Shown: in pieces, positions 1 through 9,099 of the stretch
Numbering within the stretch: the stretch's first letter is position 1
Layout: each line of letters starts with the position of its first letter
Assembly (NCBI GenBank): GCA_965649225.1
Contig: CBFGJX010000002.1
Coordinates: forward strand, 1 to 64,000
Source of the DNA: a candidate division WOR-3 bacterium
GTDB lineage: Bacteria; Hydrothermota; Tepidihabitantia; Tepidihabitantales; Tepidihabitantaceae
Direction: 5' to 3'
DNA: 64,000 nucleotides
Program-made: the position numbers and the translations under genes
Notes under the pieces: generated by a model
The model's database searches: none
What the model saw: the letters and a program-made list of their open reading frames with translations, nothing else
What the model was told of the DNA's origin: nothing

Positions 1-1740
1 CAGAACTCGGTGCTGCCGCTGGGCACGCCGCCGAAGAACAACACCTACGGTACGGGTCGGATTGATGCGCTGCTGTGCATTGAGAACACGCCGTTGCCGG
101 GTGCGCGGCACGACGTGGCGGTGGGGCCGGTACTGGCGCCGGCGGAAAAGATTGACCCGCTGGTGCCGCTGGCGCCGATGGTGGTGGTGAAGAACCGGGG
201 GACGTATCCGGAGCCTTCGGTGAGCGTGTACTGCAAGGTCGAGTCGCTGGGGACGCAGATCTACAGTCAGAGTGTGACGGTGAGTCTGGATTCGGCCGGG
301 ACGGACACGGCGGTCTTTCCGAACTGGAATGTCGGGCCGGGCAGTCAGACCTATGAGCTGACGTTCTGGCATACACTGCCCGGGGATACCAACCGGCGCA
401 ACGACACGATCACCCGGACGACGACAACCCGGGGCCACGACGTCCGCGTCGCCGGAATGAACATCGGTCAGCGGGTACGAGCGCTGCAGGTTTTCACTCC
501 GCGTATTACCATCGACAATCCGGGCGACTACACCGAGTCGGGCTTCAACGTCTACTGTCGGATCGATTCGGCCGGCACCGTCATCTACAATCAGCGGGTC
601 GTGGTGGACAGTATCGCGGTGGGCGCCAGCCGCAGTCTCGCTTTCCTGGATTGGAACGTGGGGCCGGAATCGGCGCGCTACGCTGTGACGATGTGGCACA
701 ACTGCGGTCCGGACCAGAACCGTACTAACGATACGCTTGTACGAACGGCGACCGCGACGGCCGGGATTCTCCGAGTGGCGATTGAGATTGCGGCGGGCTC
801 AGTTGGTCGGACACCGCCCAATGCGTGTTATGCAATTGACTCGCTGTGCGAAGTCGAGGACTGGGAGTCCGACATAGTGGCCGGTACCGACATTGACACG
901 CCTGAAGAGCTGGCCAACTATGACGTAGTCGTGACCGGCGACGTCGGATACGCTGACAACGACTTCGGGACCTACCAGCGGGCGCTGCTGGCTTGGGTTC
1001 GCGATGGCGGCGGATTTGTTGGACTCGGCTGGGGAGTGTATGGCGTGTATCGCACGGCTGGCGGTAACTCACCGATGGATTCGGTGATGGCGGTCAAGTG
1101 TTCGGGCGACTATAACTTCCTGACCACGGGAACCGTGACCATCATCGACAGCACGCATCCAATAACGCAGGGCGTCGGCGAGTTCAATGTCTACGGTCAC
1201 GGCGAGTATGCCATGGCTGGCCTCTGGCCAGAAGCGACGTCGCTTGGATCCTACACCGCTGCGCCCGGTCGTTCGTCCATCGCCTACAAGTCGCTGGGTG
1301 CAGGACGTTCAGTGTACCTGGGGCCGATATACTTCGCTCACTTCGGATCGTACAATAATGAACCCTACTACCAGAACGCAAACTCAGTACGTTTGCTGAA
1401 GCAGGCTATCGAATGGGCGGGATGGGGCGCCGGTTCTGCTGTCAAGGTGCCGTCAGGGCCGACAGTCGGCGGCGGGTTGTATGTCATCAGCCCGAACCCG
1501 GCACAAGGTCGTCCACTTCTGACCTTTTCGCTAACCGTGTCCGGTCCTGCGCGGTTGCTTGTTTATGACCTTTCGGGACGCTCTGTCCGGACACTTGTCA
1601 ACGGCAGACAACCGGCCGGGCGACACGAAGTCGTCTGGGATCGCCTTGATGACAGCGGACGACCGGTAGCCCCGGGTGTTTACGTTGTTCAGCTCGTGAC
1701 GGCGTCCGGGCGTTCGGCAAACAAGCTTGTTCTTCGCTGA
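1..1740 (+). CDS. C-terminal part of a secreted modular protein, probably an S8 (subtilisin-like) peptidase with two CARDB/Ig-like repeats, a ThuA/GATase-like domain and an FlgD/T9SS-like tail; 5' end lies outside the window
   Basis: The ORF is open from the window edge. It begins with NNTYGTGRIDA, typical of the end of S8 domains. Two ~110-aa repeats end in DTNRRNDT/DQNRTNDT. The tail reads PNP...VYDLSGRSVRTL...WDRLDDSGRPVAPGVY...KLVLR. Confidence 0.7.
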   Translation, partial: QNSVLPLGTPPKNNTYGTGRIDALLCIENTPLPGARHDVAVGPVLAPAEKIDPLVPLAPMVVVKNRGTYPEPSVSVYCKVESLGTQIYSQSVTVSLDSAGTDTAVFPNWNVGPGSQTYELTFWHTLPGDTNRRNDTITRTTTTRGHDVRVAGMNIGQRVRALQVFTPRITIDNPGDYTESGFNVYCRIDSAGTVIYNQRVVVDSIAVGASRSLAFLDWNVGPESARYAVTMWHNCGPDQNRTNDTLVRTATATAGILRVAIEIAAGSVGRTPPNACYAIDSLCEVEDWESDIVAGTDIDTPEELANYDVVVTGDVGYADNDFGTYQRALLAWVRDGGGFVGLGWGVYGVYRTAGGNSPMDSVMAVKCSGDYNFLTTGTVTIIDSTHPITQGVGEFNVYGHGEYAMAGLWPEATSLGSYTAAPGRSSIAYKSLGAGRSVYLGPIYFAHFGSYNNEPYYQNANSVRLLKQAIEWAGWGAGSAVKVPSGPTVGGGLYVISPNPAQGRPLLTFSLTVSGPARLLVYDLSGRSVRTLVNGRQPAGRHEVVWDRLDDSGRPVAPGVYVVQLVTASGRSANKLVLR

Positions 1741-1757
1741 TTGTCTGACAGGGTCGC

Positions 1758-1788
1758 GCGGACGAGGCGGGACATCCGCCTCGTCCGC
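1758..1788 (+). terminator. Perfect 13-bp hairpin after the first gene (terminator-like, weak U-tract)
   Basis: GCGGACGAGGCGG-gacat-CCGCCTCGTCCGC starts 17 nt after the stop codon at 1740. Confidence 0.6.
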
Positions 1789-1811
1789 TGGTCTTGGCGG
1801 ACTGTCTGGCC

Positions 1812-3022
1812 TGTAAAGGGTCAACACATCGTTACCAGGGTTGACGGCGATGTGGGTGCTGACGGTATCGAGCAGGACAGGTGGCAGCAGGGCGATTTGG
1901 CGCGGGAAGGGTTTCTTTATTCGCCACTGCAGGCACCGGTAAGGCGGCAGTCCGCGCATTCCGGCGCCCTGGTGAGGACGGCTGAAGTTGTAGTAGTACA
2001 GCCAGGCTGCTGCCTTGCGTAGCAGCCCGGCATCATCGGTGATGTCCAGCAGGCAGGGAACGTAGAACTCCTCGTCATCGGCCCGGTGGCTGCGCTCCAC
2101 CCGGCCGTTGTAGCCTTTGCGGCCTTTGGGGTAGCGGGCCAGCACCGCGCCCAGCGGTGCGTAGTGCTGATCCTGCAGTTCCTGCAAGCGTGCCGGGTCG
2201 CTGCCGCCAAACTCGCCGCCCCAGTCGGTCTGCCAGGCCACGTGGCCGCGGATGCCGCATGAGCGCAGGTGCAGCATCACCAGCACCAGGAAGGCGATGC
2301 CGTTGGTTACGCTCAGCTCATGGCTGTAGGCCAGAAACCGCAGGCGGGTCCTGGCCTCCAGGCAGGTCCACTGGTAGCGGGGCAGCTTCTGGCGGATGAT
2401 GTGGGTCCAGCGCCTGCTGCCCAGTGCCCCGCGGTCCAGGATGTCCTTGGTGTCGACCTGCAGCAGGGAGAACGGCCGCTGCTCATCCCATGCCCAGTGG
2501 GCCGGTTAGAACTGCTTTCTGGGCCTGGTCCGACCGGTATGCCCCAGCCGGCGCAGGACGTGCCGGACCGTGTCCGGAGACAGGCAGACGCGGTGGCTGG
2601 TCCACAACAGCCAGGCCAGGCGCTTGCGGCCGTAGCCGGTATCGTCACGCAACTCGTTGACCAGCTCCTGTATTGATGTTTTGGTCTGATTCGGGCAGCG
2701 GTGCGGGCGGCGGGAGGCATCGGCCAGTCCGCCCAGACCCTTCGTCCGGAACCGCCGGACCCATTTGCGCACAACTGCGCGCGAGGTATGCCAGTCTCGG
2801 GCGGTGGCGGCGATGCTGCCGGTGGCGGTATAGGTCTGCACGAGCCGGTGTCTTGCCTCGACGCGGGTCATGCTGTAGGCTTCCTGGTAAGATAGCTCCA
2901 TAGCCGGTGCTCCTCTTTGGCCTTGCGCCAGGTTTGATCAACCGAGGATACACCGGCTTTCTCTATCCAGAAACTCAGCGCACGCTTCGCCTTCACCTGG
3001 TAATGATGTCCTGGCGCACGCA
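1812..3022 (-). mobile_element. IS481-family insertion sequence, 1211 bp
   Basis: Imperfect terminal inverted repeats: 1812-1839 TGTAAAGGGTCAACACATCGTTACCAGG and 2996-3022 CCTGGTAATGATGTCCTGGCGCACGCA. A 6-bp direct repeat CTGGCC flanks them at 1806-1811 and 3023-3028. An HTH + DDE transposase lies inside. Confidence 0.85.
1813..2901 (-). pseudogene. IS481-family transposase interrupted by an in-frame TAA
   Basis: ORFs 2506..2901 (HTH: SIAATARDWHTSRAVVRKWVRRF) and 1531..2286 share one frame. The 73 codons between them are open (PAHWAW...LLQVDTKD...). The DDE residues are in QVDTK, QTDWGGEF and GRVERSH. A single TAA sits at 2506-2508. Confidence 0.85.
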
Positions 3023-3032
3023 CTGGCCTCGG

Positions 3033-3061
3033 TTGACGAGACGTGGACGCGCCAGTATAAT
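3033..3061 (+). promoter_or_regulatory. Near-consensus sigma70 promoter
   Basis: TTGACG (3033-3038), 17-bp spacer, TATAAT (3056-3061). Confidence 0.8.
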
Positions 3062-3066
3062 TACTT

Positions 3067-3265
3067 ACTCCGTCGAGGCCTGGTCCAAGCCCCCAGGTCG
3101 AAGCAGAGTTGACTGGACGAGGGGACGCTTAAAGGCATTCGGATGGCAACTCATGGAACGCGCCAGCGTATTCAGGAGGAGCTCGTCAGTCCACCCCCTG
3201 TCGAGAGAACCGAGTGCTGAGAGCGTCCCCTGACTATTTGCGCCGTCATCGGCGCGTGTTTTTTT
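3067..3265 (+). ncRNA. Candidate structured non-coding RNA, family not recognised
   Basis: It lies between the promoter and a U-tailed terminator. Stems: 3073-3083/3093-3101, 3120-3130/3221-3231 and 3134-3142/3210-3218. A possible pseudoknot pairs 3111-3121 with 3182-3191. Confidence 0.6.
3240..3265 (+). terminator. Intrinsic terminator
   Basis: GCGCCG-tcat-CGGCGC followed by GTG and T7. The T-tract is on the + strand only. Confidence 0.7.
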
Positions 3266-3276
3266 GTCGGAAACTG

Positions 3277-4287
3277 TCAGCTGGTGCTGGTGCTGTGGCC
3301 CAGTGCGCCGATCATGTCGATTGCCTCGGCCGGGCAGACGTTGCGGCACAGGCCACAGCCGATGCATTTCTCGGCGGTAACATGATGCTGCTGGCCCGGG
3401 GTGCCGGTGATTGCCTTGAACCGGCATTCCGCAACGCAGGCACCGCAGCCGGTGCATCGGGGGTTGATCAGCGCCTTGGGACGTCCGGGTGCCCGGTCAA
3501 TGAAAGAACGGGTCGGGCACTTGTGGACGCAGATGCCGCAGTCGATACACTTTTCGCTGTCCATTACCGGTAGATTGTCCACCAGCGCAAGTGCCTGCGT
3601 CGGGCAGTTCTTGACGCAGAGCCCGCAGGCAATGCAGCCAACCTTGCAGACTTCCTTGACTGCCTTTCCCTTGTCATGCGAGGCGCAGGCAAGGTAGACA
3701 AGCTTTGTGCGTGGCAACAATCGCAGGACCGACTTAGGACATTCGCGAACGCATACGCCGCAACCGGTACATTTCTTTTCATCGATGCGGGGCAGTCGAT
3801 TGGTGCCCATTGTGATCGCCCCAAACGGGCAGACACCAGCGCAGTGACCCATTCCGATGCAACCCCAGGAACAGCTCTTGGGCCCGCCGAGGACCAATGC
3901 TGCCTGACGGCAGTTGAAGGTTCCCTCGTACTGGAAGCGCTCGGCGGCATTCTCTGTTCCGCCCCGGCACACGAGAACCGCGACTTTTGCTTCGACCGCC
4001 GAAACATCCTGTCCCATCAAGCGACCGATCTCACGGGCAACGTCCGGACCGCCGACAGTGCACGAGTTTAACTGTGCCTTGCCGGTTGCAACGGCGTTGG
4101 CGTAGCCGTCGCAGCCCGGGAAGCCACAGGCGCCGCAGTTTGCGCCGGGCAGTACGGCCCTTATGGCGGCTTCGCGTTCGTCGATTTTGACGGCCAGCTT
4201 GATTGATGCATAGAGCAGAATCAAGGCAATCAGGCCGCCGAGCCCGGCGAGTACAGTGACGGCCTTGAATGCAATCGTCCAGTCCAT
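3277..4287 (-). CDS. rnfB: Rnf electron transport complex subunit B (polyferredoxin type)
   Basis: N-terminal TM helix, LPGANCGACGFPGC motif and several CxxCxxCxxxCP motifs. Start ATG at 4287 lies just after the rnfA stop. Confidence 0.95.
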   Translation of the reverse strand: MDWTIAFKAVTVLAGLGGLIALILLYASIKLAVKIDEREAAIRAVLPGANCGACGFPGCDGYANAVATGKAQLNSCTVGGPDVAREIGRLMGQDVSAVEAKVAVLVCRGGTENAAERFQYEGTFNCRQAALVLGGPKSCSWGCIGMGHCAGVCPFGAITMGTNRLPRIDEKKCTGCGVCVRECPKSVLRLLPRTKLVYLACASHDKGKAVKEVCKVGCIACGLCVKNCPTQALALVDNLPVMDSEKCIDCGICVHKCPTRSFIDRAPGRPKALINPRCTGCGACVAECRFKAITGTPGQQHHVTAEKCIGCGLCRNVCPAEAIDMIGALGHSTSTS

Positions 4288-4288
4288 C

Positions 4289-4879
4289 TTACAAGGATAT
4301 CCCGAAGAGGCCGGTGAAGCCCATAAAAGCCAGCGACACCAGCGAGGCAGCAACAAAGGCGATTGGATAGCCGGCGAAAGCCGGGGAAATCGGTGCGTCT
4401 TCGAGCCGTTCTCTGATTGATGCAAAAAGCAGCAGTACCAGTCCGAACCCGAGGCCGGTGCCGAGTGCAAACAGGGTGGCTTGCAGCAGATTGAAACCGT
4501 AATCGACGTTGAGGAACGTTACACCAAGGATTGCGCAGTTGGTGGTGATTAGGGGAAGGTAGATTCCCATCGCCGAATAGAGAGTGCGAACATAGCGCTT
4601 CAGGAACATTTCAACAAACTGCACCAGCCCGGCAATTACCAGGATGAACACAGCGGTGCGGAGAAAGACGAGATCGAAAGGCAGCAGCACCAGACGGAAC
4701 AACAGCCATGATACCCAGGCGGCCAGCATCATGACAAAGACAACCGCGGCGCTCATTCCTGTTGCGGTCGAGACCGCGGTTGAGACGCCGAAAAACGGGC
4801 AAAGGCCGATGAAGCGCATCAACAGGATATTGTTGACTAGGAAAGCGCCCAGGAAAATCTGCAGTGGGGAAAGTTTCAT
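4289..4879 (-). CDS. rnfA: Rnf complex subunit A
   Basis: Motifs FIGLCPFFG and GIYLPLITTNCAILG. Confidence 0.95.
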   Translation of the reverse strand: MKLSPLQIFLGAFLVNNILLMRFIGLCPFFGVSTAVSTATGMSAAVVFVMMLAAWVSWLLFRLVLLPFDLVFLRTAVFILVIAGLVQFVEMFLKRYVRTLYSAMGIYLPLITTNCAILGVTFLNVDYGFNLLQATLFALGTGLGFGLVLLLFASIRERLEDAPISPAFAGYPIAFVAASLVSLAFMGFTGLFGISL

Positions 4880-5496
4880 CTCTGCGTCCGTTGTGGCTGG
4901 GTTAGCTTGTTGACCAAGGCCTTGAGGATTCCAATGAGCAGGAACGCACCCGGAGAGAAAATCATGATCAGAGCCGGCTGCTCGCGGAAACTGGCAGGCA
5001 TCAGCGGTACGCCAAAGAGAGTGCCTGCAGCCAGCAGCTCCCGAATAGAGCCCATTACCACCAGGACGAGGCCAAGACCGACTGCCTTGCCTAGTCCGTC
5101 GAGAATCGAATCAACGACACCGTGGTGGTAGGCGAAGGCCTCAGCGCGGCCAAGTATGATGCAGTTGACGACTATCAGGGGAACAAATACTCCCAGCACC
5201 CGGTAGAGTGCGGGCTGGTAGGCCTGAAGCACGTAGTCGATTATCGTCACAAAGGTGGAGATTATGATGATGAATATCGGGATTCGGATCGTGTCAGGGA
5301 CGACTTTTCGGACAAGCGAGACAACGAGGTTTGAGCCGATCAGAACAAATGCCGCTGCCGCAGCCATTCCCAGTCCGTCGCGGGCGGAGGTAGTGGTGGC
5401 TAGGGTAGGACAGAGGCCGATCATGAGAATCAGGACCGGGTTCTCCTTGATGATGCCCGATGTCAGGATTGAGAAACGGGATGGCCGTCGATTCAC
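4876..5496 (-). CDS. rnfE: Rnf complex subunit E
   Basis: Motifs ENPVLILMIGLCPTLA and PLIVVNCIILGRAEAFA. The GTG start overlaps the rnfG stop (GTGA). Confidence 0.95.
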   Translation of the reverse strand: MNRRPSRFSILTSGIIKENPVLILMIGLCPTLATTTSARDGLGMAAAAAFVLIGSNLVVSLVRKVVPDTIRIPIFIIIISTFVTIIDYVLQAYQPALYRVLGVFVPLIVVNCIILGRAEAFAYHHGVVDSILDGLGKAVGLGLVLVVMGSIRELLAAGTLFGVPLMPASFREQPALIMIFSPGAFLLIGILKALVNKLTQPQRTQR

Positions 5497-6017
5497 TGTC
5501 GCAGGTGCTCCTGGTAACGTTCGATGGCAGCAGCAAGGGCGTTGGCGACGGCCCGGGAGGTGATTGTTGCAGCGGTTATTGCATCGATTGAGCCGCCATC
5601 GCGGCGTAGCCGTACCTGTGCTGCCTGTTTGCCGAGAAACTGATTGCGGAACCCGGATTCTGCCGCTTTCAGGCCAAGACCCGGAGTCTCCTTTGTGGGC
5701 ATGATGACGATGCCGGTAACTTGTCCGACAGTATCGATGCCGGCGGTGACGACGATGGGGCCGCCATAGCCGCGCGGTACCGTGCGCAGGACTGCGCCAA
5801 TCTTTGAACCGGACGAGTCGTAGGCAAACCAGAGGGAGTCTTTCAGCTGTTCCTCGAATCGGGTCGCCCCCGGCATGGCGTCCCGCAATGCCGCTTCGGC
5901 AGCCCTGGCCGCCTGGCGTTGGATCACGGGTTTGGTGCTGGCGTAGACGATTGACAGTGCCAGCGCCGCCAGCGTACAGGTCAATGTCAGTGACAGAACC
6001 ATCCAGACCCGCTTCAT
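5493..6017 (-). CDS. rnfG: Rnf complex subunit G (FMN-binding)
   Basis: Motifs GYGGPI and KETPGLG, plus the IDAITAATITS flavinylation motif. Confidence 0.95.
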   Translation of the reverse strand: MKRVWMVLSLTLTCTLAALALSIVYASTKPVIQRQAARAAEAALRDAMPGATRFEEQLKDSLWFAYDSSGSKIGAVLRTVPRGYGGPIVVTAGIDTVGQVTGIVIMPTKETPGLGLKAAESGFRNQFLGKQAAQVRLRRDGGSIDAITAATITSRAVANALAAAIERYQEHLRQ

Positions 6018-7045
6018 GTTCTCCTCGGTGAACGCTGGCCAAATAATCTGGGTCTGGTCAGTCTGTCGATCAGCGGTGTGGCGACGTTCATCAACAGTAT
6101 TGAATAGGAAACGCCCTCGGGAAAACCTCCCCACAGTCTGATCAGCATGGTGAGAATGCCGCAGCCGACGCCGAATATGATCCGACCGGTCGGCAGAATC
6201 GGAGAGGTTACGTAGTCAGTGGCCATGAAGAAGGCGCCGAGCATCAAACCACCGGACAGCAGGTGGAACAAGACATACCCGGGCAGAGTGTGACGCGGGC
6301 CCGGCAGTACCGCGGCGAGGATTGCAACTGTCAGCAGGTATGACAGCGGTATCCGCCAGTCGATTATCCTGATGGCCATCAGAAACAGTCCACCAGCCAA
6401 AAGCGCGAGCGCCGAAGTTTCGCCGATGCAGCCACCTACCCGACCGATGAACAGCTTGGCCAGAACCGGCCAGGATTGCATGGCGTTCGTCAATTGTCCG
6501 GTGCCGAACGCCGGTCCGGCCAGCTCGTGGGCGTTTTTGATAACCGCCAGCGGCGTGGCGGTCGTCACCGCGTCGATACCGGAAATGGTTCCACCAGCGG
6601 GGGGTAGCCATTTTGCCGTCATCAGGCTCGGCCAGGACGCCATCAGCATCGCTCTGGCAGCCAGAGCAGGATTGACGAAATTGTGTCCCAGGCCGCCCAA
6701 AAAACCCTTGACGACAACGACTGCGAAAGCTGAACCGACCAGCGGGAGCCACCATGGCACTCCCGGTGGGAGATTGTAGGCGAGCAGTAACCCGGTCAGT
6801 GCCGCGCTGCCGTCGTTGACAGTAATGCGGCGGCCGAAGGCCAGTTGGGTGACGGCCTCGAATCCGACGGCTGAGGCCATCGACAACAGAACAATCAGCA
6901 GAGCGCGCCAGCCAAACAGCCAGAAAGATGTACCCAATGCTGGCAGCAGTGCGATTACCACCAGCCACATGATTCGGCTGATTGAAATCGGGGCGCGCAG
7001 GTGGGGAGATGGAGAGACTACCATCAGGCGTGTGGTTTCGTTCAT
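6014..7045 (-). CDS. rnfD: Rnf complex subunit D
   Basis: Motifs SPSPHL, GGLGHNFVNPA, TTATPL (FMN site) and AFFMATDYVTSP. Confidence 0.95.
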   Translation of the reverse strand: MNETTRLMVVSPSPHLRAPISISRIMWLVVIALLPALGTSFWLFGWRALLIVLLSMASAVGFEAVTQLAFGRRITVNDGSAALTGLLLAYNLPPGVPWWLPLVGSAFAVVVVKGFLGGLGHNFVNPALAARAMLMASWPSLMTAKWLPPAGGTISGIDAVTTATPLAVIKNAHELAGPAFGTGQLTNAMQSWPVLAKLFIGRVGGCIGETSALALLAGGLFLMAIRIIDWRIPLSYLLTVAILAAVLPGPRHTLPGYVLFHLLSGGLMLGAFFMATDYVTSPILPTGRIIFGVGCGILTMLIRLWGGFPEGVSYSILLMNVATPLIDRLTRPRLFGQRSPRRT

Positions 7046-8343
7046 TTCCGCTTGGCGTTGATTTCCGCTTTGGCGTACTTGAAGTGCTGCACGAGCCTGA
7101 TTTTTGCCGGACACGACCAGGCACAGCAGCCGCATTCGATGCAATCAAGCACGTGTTCTTGTTCTGCTGCGCCCAGTCGTTTGCGGCGGATATGGTTGAA
7201 AAGGCGTTGGGGCGCCAGTCCCATCGGACAGGCCCTGATGCACGAACCGCATCTGATGCAACTGGACTCCGCGGGCTCAGCGGCAGCAGCTTTGTCGAGT
7301 ACGAGTACGCCGGAGGTGCTCTTGAGGACCGGAACGTCGTCAGTGCTGACGGCAATGCCCATCATCGGTCCGCCAATGATCAGCTTGGCTGGCTCGTTAC
7401 GATAGCCGCCACAGAATGCAATCAGATCCTTCACCGGGGTGCCGATCCGCACCATCAAATTCTTGGGCGTGACAATTGCCGGACCAGTAACTGTGACTAT
7501 CCGCTGGTAGAGCGGGCGGCCGAACCGGACGGCATCATATACTGCCACGGCAGTACCGACATTCTGTACGATGCAGCCGACATCCATTGGCAGGCCGCCT
7601 GAAGGCACCTCGCGGCCGGTGCATGCTTTGATCAGCTGTTTCTCGGCGCCCTGCGGATATTTGGTGCGCAGCCGTTTTATCTCGATGTCGCCGGCGTGAC
7701 GATTGAGCTGGGCGATCGCATCGGGTTTGTTGTCCTCGACTGCGATAACGGTTCGCCGTACGTTGAGGATTCGGGCGATGATTCTGGTGCCGCCGATGAC
7801 CTCGGCGGTCTTTTCAAGCATCAGTCGATGATCGGCGGTCAGATAGGGCTCGCACTCGCAGCCGTTAATCAGCAGGGTATCGATGGGCTTGCCGGTTGGA
7901 GGGGCCAGCTTGATGTGGGTCGGGAAAGCCGCGCCTCCCAGTCCAACGATTCCGGCATCCCGAATGATCTGGAGCAATTCTGCGGGTACCAGTGTGCTGT
8001 AATCTCGTTCCTGGATGGTATCATCCAGCTTGTCGCTTCCGTCGGAGTCGATCACAACTGTTGTCACGCGCCGGCCGGTAAGCGGATGCGGTAGCAGCAC
8101 CACGTCAGCAACAGTGCCGGAAACCGATGAGTGGGTCGGTACCGAGACGGCGGCAGCTGCCCGGCCGATGAGCTGCCCGGTCCGGACGTAATCGCCTTTG
8201 GAAACGGTTGCGGCCGAGGGGGCACCGATGTGCTGGGACATCGGTATCCATACGCGTGGTGGCAGCGGCGGTGTCTCGACCGGCAGATGCTCGGTCGTCT
8301 GTTTGTATTCGACAGGGTGAACGCCGCCGCGAAAACCTGACAT
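7042..8343 (-). CDS. rnfC: Rnf complex subunit C
   Basis: Motifs FRGGVHP, GIVGLGGAAFPT, NGCECEPY, CIRCGSC and CIECGCC. Confidence 0.95.
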   Translation of the reverse strand: MSGFRGGVHPVEYKQTTEHLPVETPPLPPRVWIPMSQHIGAPSAATVSKGDYVRTGQLIGRAAAAVSVPTHSSVSGTVADVVLLPHPLTGRRVTTVVIDSDGSDKLDDTIQERDYSTLVPAELLQIIRDAGIVGLGGAAFPTHIKLAPPTGKPIDTLLINGCECEPYLTADHRLMLEKTAEVIGGTRIIARILNVRRTVIAVEDNKPDAIAQLNRHAGDIEIKRLRTKYPQGAEKQLIKACTGREVPSGGLPMDVGCIVQNVGTAVAVYDAVRFGRPLYQRIVTVTGPAIVTPKNLMVRIGTPVKDLIAFCGGYRNEPAKLIIGGPMMGIAVSTDDVPVLKSTSGVLVLDKAAAAEPAESSCIRCGSCIRACPMGLAPQRLFNHIRRKRLGAAEQEHVLDCIECGCCAWSCPAKIRLVQHFKYAKAEINAKRK

Positions 8344-8351
8344 CGGGCCGG

Positions 8352-8379
8352 ATTGTAGGCCGGCGATTTGGGAAGTCAA
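8352..8379 (-). promoter_or_regulatory. Promoter of the rnf operon (likely leaderless)
   Basis: TTGACT-N16-TACAAT, 8 nt before the ATG at 8343. Confidence 0.65.
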
Positions 8380-8430
8380 GCGCTTATGGCGGGCAGAAAG
8401 TGCATGAGCGATGACGCGGGGCGGATGAAG

Positions 8431-9099
8431 TTAGAATTCGTAGCTGAACACGCCGTTGGTTTCTGTTATCAGGCGGCGGGCCAGCAGGGCATCAATTATC
8501 TGGTCGATCTCGTGCCGGGTCAGCTTTCGTTGAAACATCGCTGACACGGCCTGTGCCAGCGTCCGCCGCTTGCGTGGACGCGACCGGCGGGGTGAGCGTC
8601 CCAACACCTCCAACACTCGTCGCAGTCTTTCCTCGCTGACGGCACTGGCTACCGGAACGGTCGGGGCAGCAGCCGGCGGCTGGTCGGCACGGTGAGAGGA
8701 AACAGGCCGCAGCTCATTAAACCCGGTTATGCGGCGACAAACCATGCCGGCCGCGTTCAGATGTCGCAACAGCGGATCGAAACCTTTGTCCATGGACACA
8801 ATGAGGCATTCCGGTCTTGGGTGCTGCTCGTAGATTCTGCCAAGGTACCAGGCAATGAAGAAATCCAGTGCGTTTCGTCCCTCGCCACTGACTTTCTGCC
8901 ATTCCACCCGTGGTCCCAGTTGCTGAGTGGCGGTTACGAGCTCAAAGGGAATGTTCTTCTGATTTGTTCCAACGAATATTACGACCCGGTATCTTTCGTC
9001 AAGAAGTGGCAGCTGCAGGCGGGGAACGTTCTCGAAGTCAACCAGCAGCAGGGTGGTGGAGTGCTGTTTTTTCGGGCCTGTTGGCTCGTGTCTGGTCAC
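8431..9099 (-). CDS. PIN-domain (PIN7/NYN-like) protein
   Basis: Motifs LLVDFENV, GRNALDFFIAWYLG and IVSMDKGFDPL, followed by a C-terminal winged-helix-like domain. Confidence 0.75.
   Translation of the reverse strand: MTRHEPTGPKKQHSTTLLLVDFENVPRLQLPLLDERYRVVIFVGTNQKNIPFELVTATQQLGPRVEWQKVSGEGRNALDFFIAWYLGRIYEQHPRPECLIVSMDKGFDPLLRHLNAAGMVCRRITGFNELRPVSSHRADQPPAAAPTVPVASAVSEERLRRVLEVLGRSPRRSRPRKRRTLAQAVSAMFQRKLTRHEIDQIIDALLARRLITETNGVFSYEF

Noticed and set aside
2506..2508. Stop-codon recoding (Sec, Pyl or alternative genetic code) in the transposase
   Set aside because: The codon is TAA, which is used as a normal stop elsewhere in the window (e.g. rnfA, ffh).
3067..3265. SRP RNA, glmS ribozyme or hammerhead identity for the candidate RNA
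   Set aside because: There is no SRP domain IV motif. GACGAGG is present, but the glmS AGCGCC core is absent. The minus-strand CTGACGA has no matching GAAA core.
2907..3457. ORFs 2907..3233 (+) and 3065..3457 (-) overlapping the candidate ncRNA
   Set aside because: The first starts inside the IS and crosses its end and the promoter. The second is an alternative frame of rnfB. Neither looks like a real protein.
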